A DNA stretch of 63,418 bases, the filler included, from Octopus bimaculoides (taxonomy: Eukaryota), in the NCBI RefSeq assembly GCF_001194135.2. It is 5 parts of 3 records of this genome, joined end to end, with 100 filler letters (N's around TTAATTAATTAA, not from the genome) between each part and the next. Parts side by side here need not be neighbours in the genome. Positions count along the whole stretch, not along the records: positions 56,825 to 63,418 come from NC_068983.1; 4 more parts are not named here. The stretch is one strand, 5' to 3'. The position numbers and the translations under genes are program-made. Every line of letters begins with the position of its first letter. Positions within the stretch are counted from its first letter, which is position 1. Positions 63,374-63,418 of this stretch are shown here, one piece after another. Below the pieces are notes generated by a model, which saw only the letters and a program-made list of their open reading frames with translations, was not told where the DNA came from and made no database searches.

Positions 63374-63418
63374 AATATATACATATAAATATATATATAT
63401 ATATACATATAAATATAT

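Overview
AT-rich, microsatellite-dense, gap-ridden eukaryotic scaffold. The SINE/LINE families, (TA)n/(CA)n/(GATA)n runs and TTAATTAATTAA-padded N gaps point to an octopod cephalopod assembly, probably Octopus (inference). Most ORFs in the supplied track are microsatellite or N-gap artefacts. Real content: (i) decayed transposons: RTE- and CR1-like LINEs, tRNA-derived SINEs, Tc1/mariner, hAT, a piggyBac-type MITE, a Helitron-like end, and at least four GIY-YIG-encoding Penelope-like elements (PLEs); (ii) about ten minimal type I hammerhead ribozyme (HHR) motifs, some fully canonical; (iii) a young, CpG-rich, non-coding 344-bp head-to-tail unit carrying an HHR, present as two divergent inverted arms at 27998-29178, which looks like a non-LTR retrozyme / circRNA-type element and is the top finding; (iv) scattered candidate host exons, most convincingly a minus-strand single-pass membrane protein gene at 52.7-57.1 kb, plus a CpG-depleted domain at about 21-43 kb; (v) a perfect 32-bp-arm hairpin at 36823-36888. 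All assignments come from manual reading, translation and folding; no searches were run.
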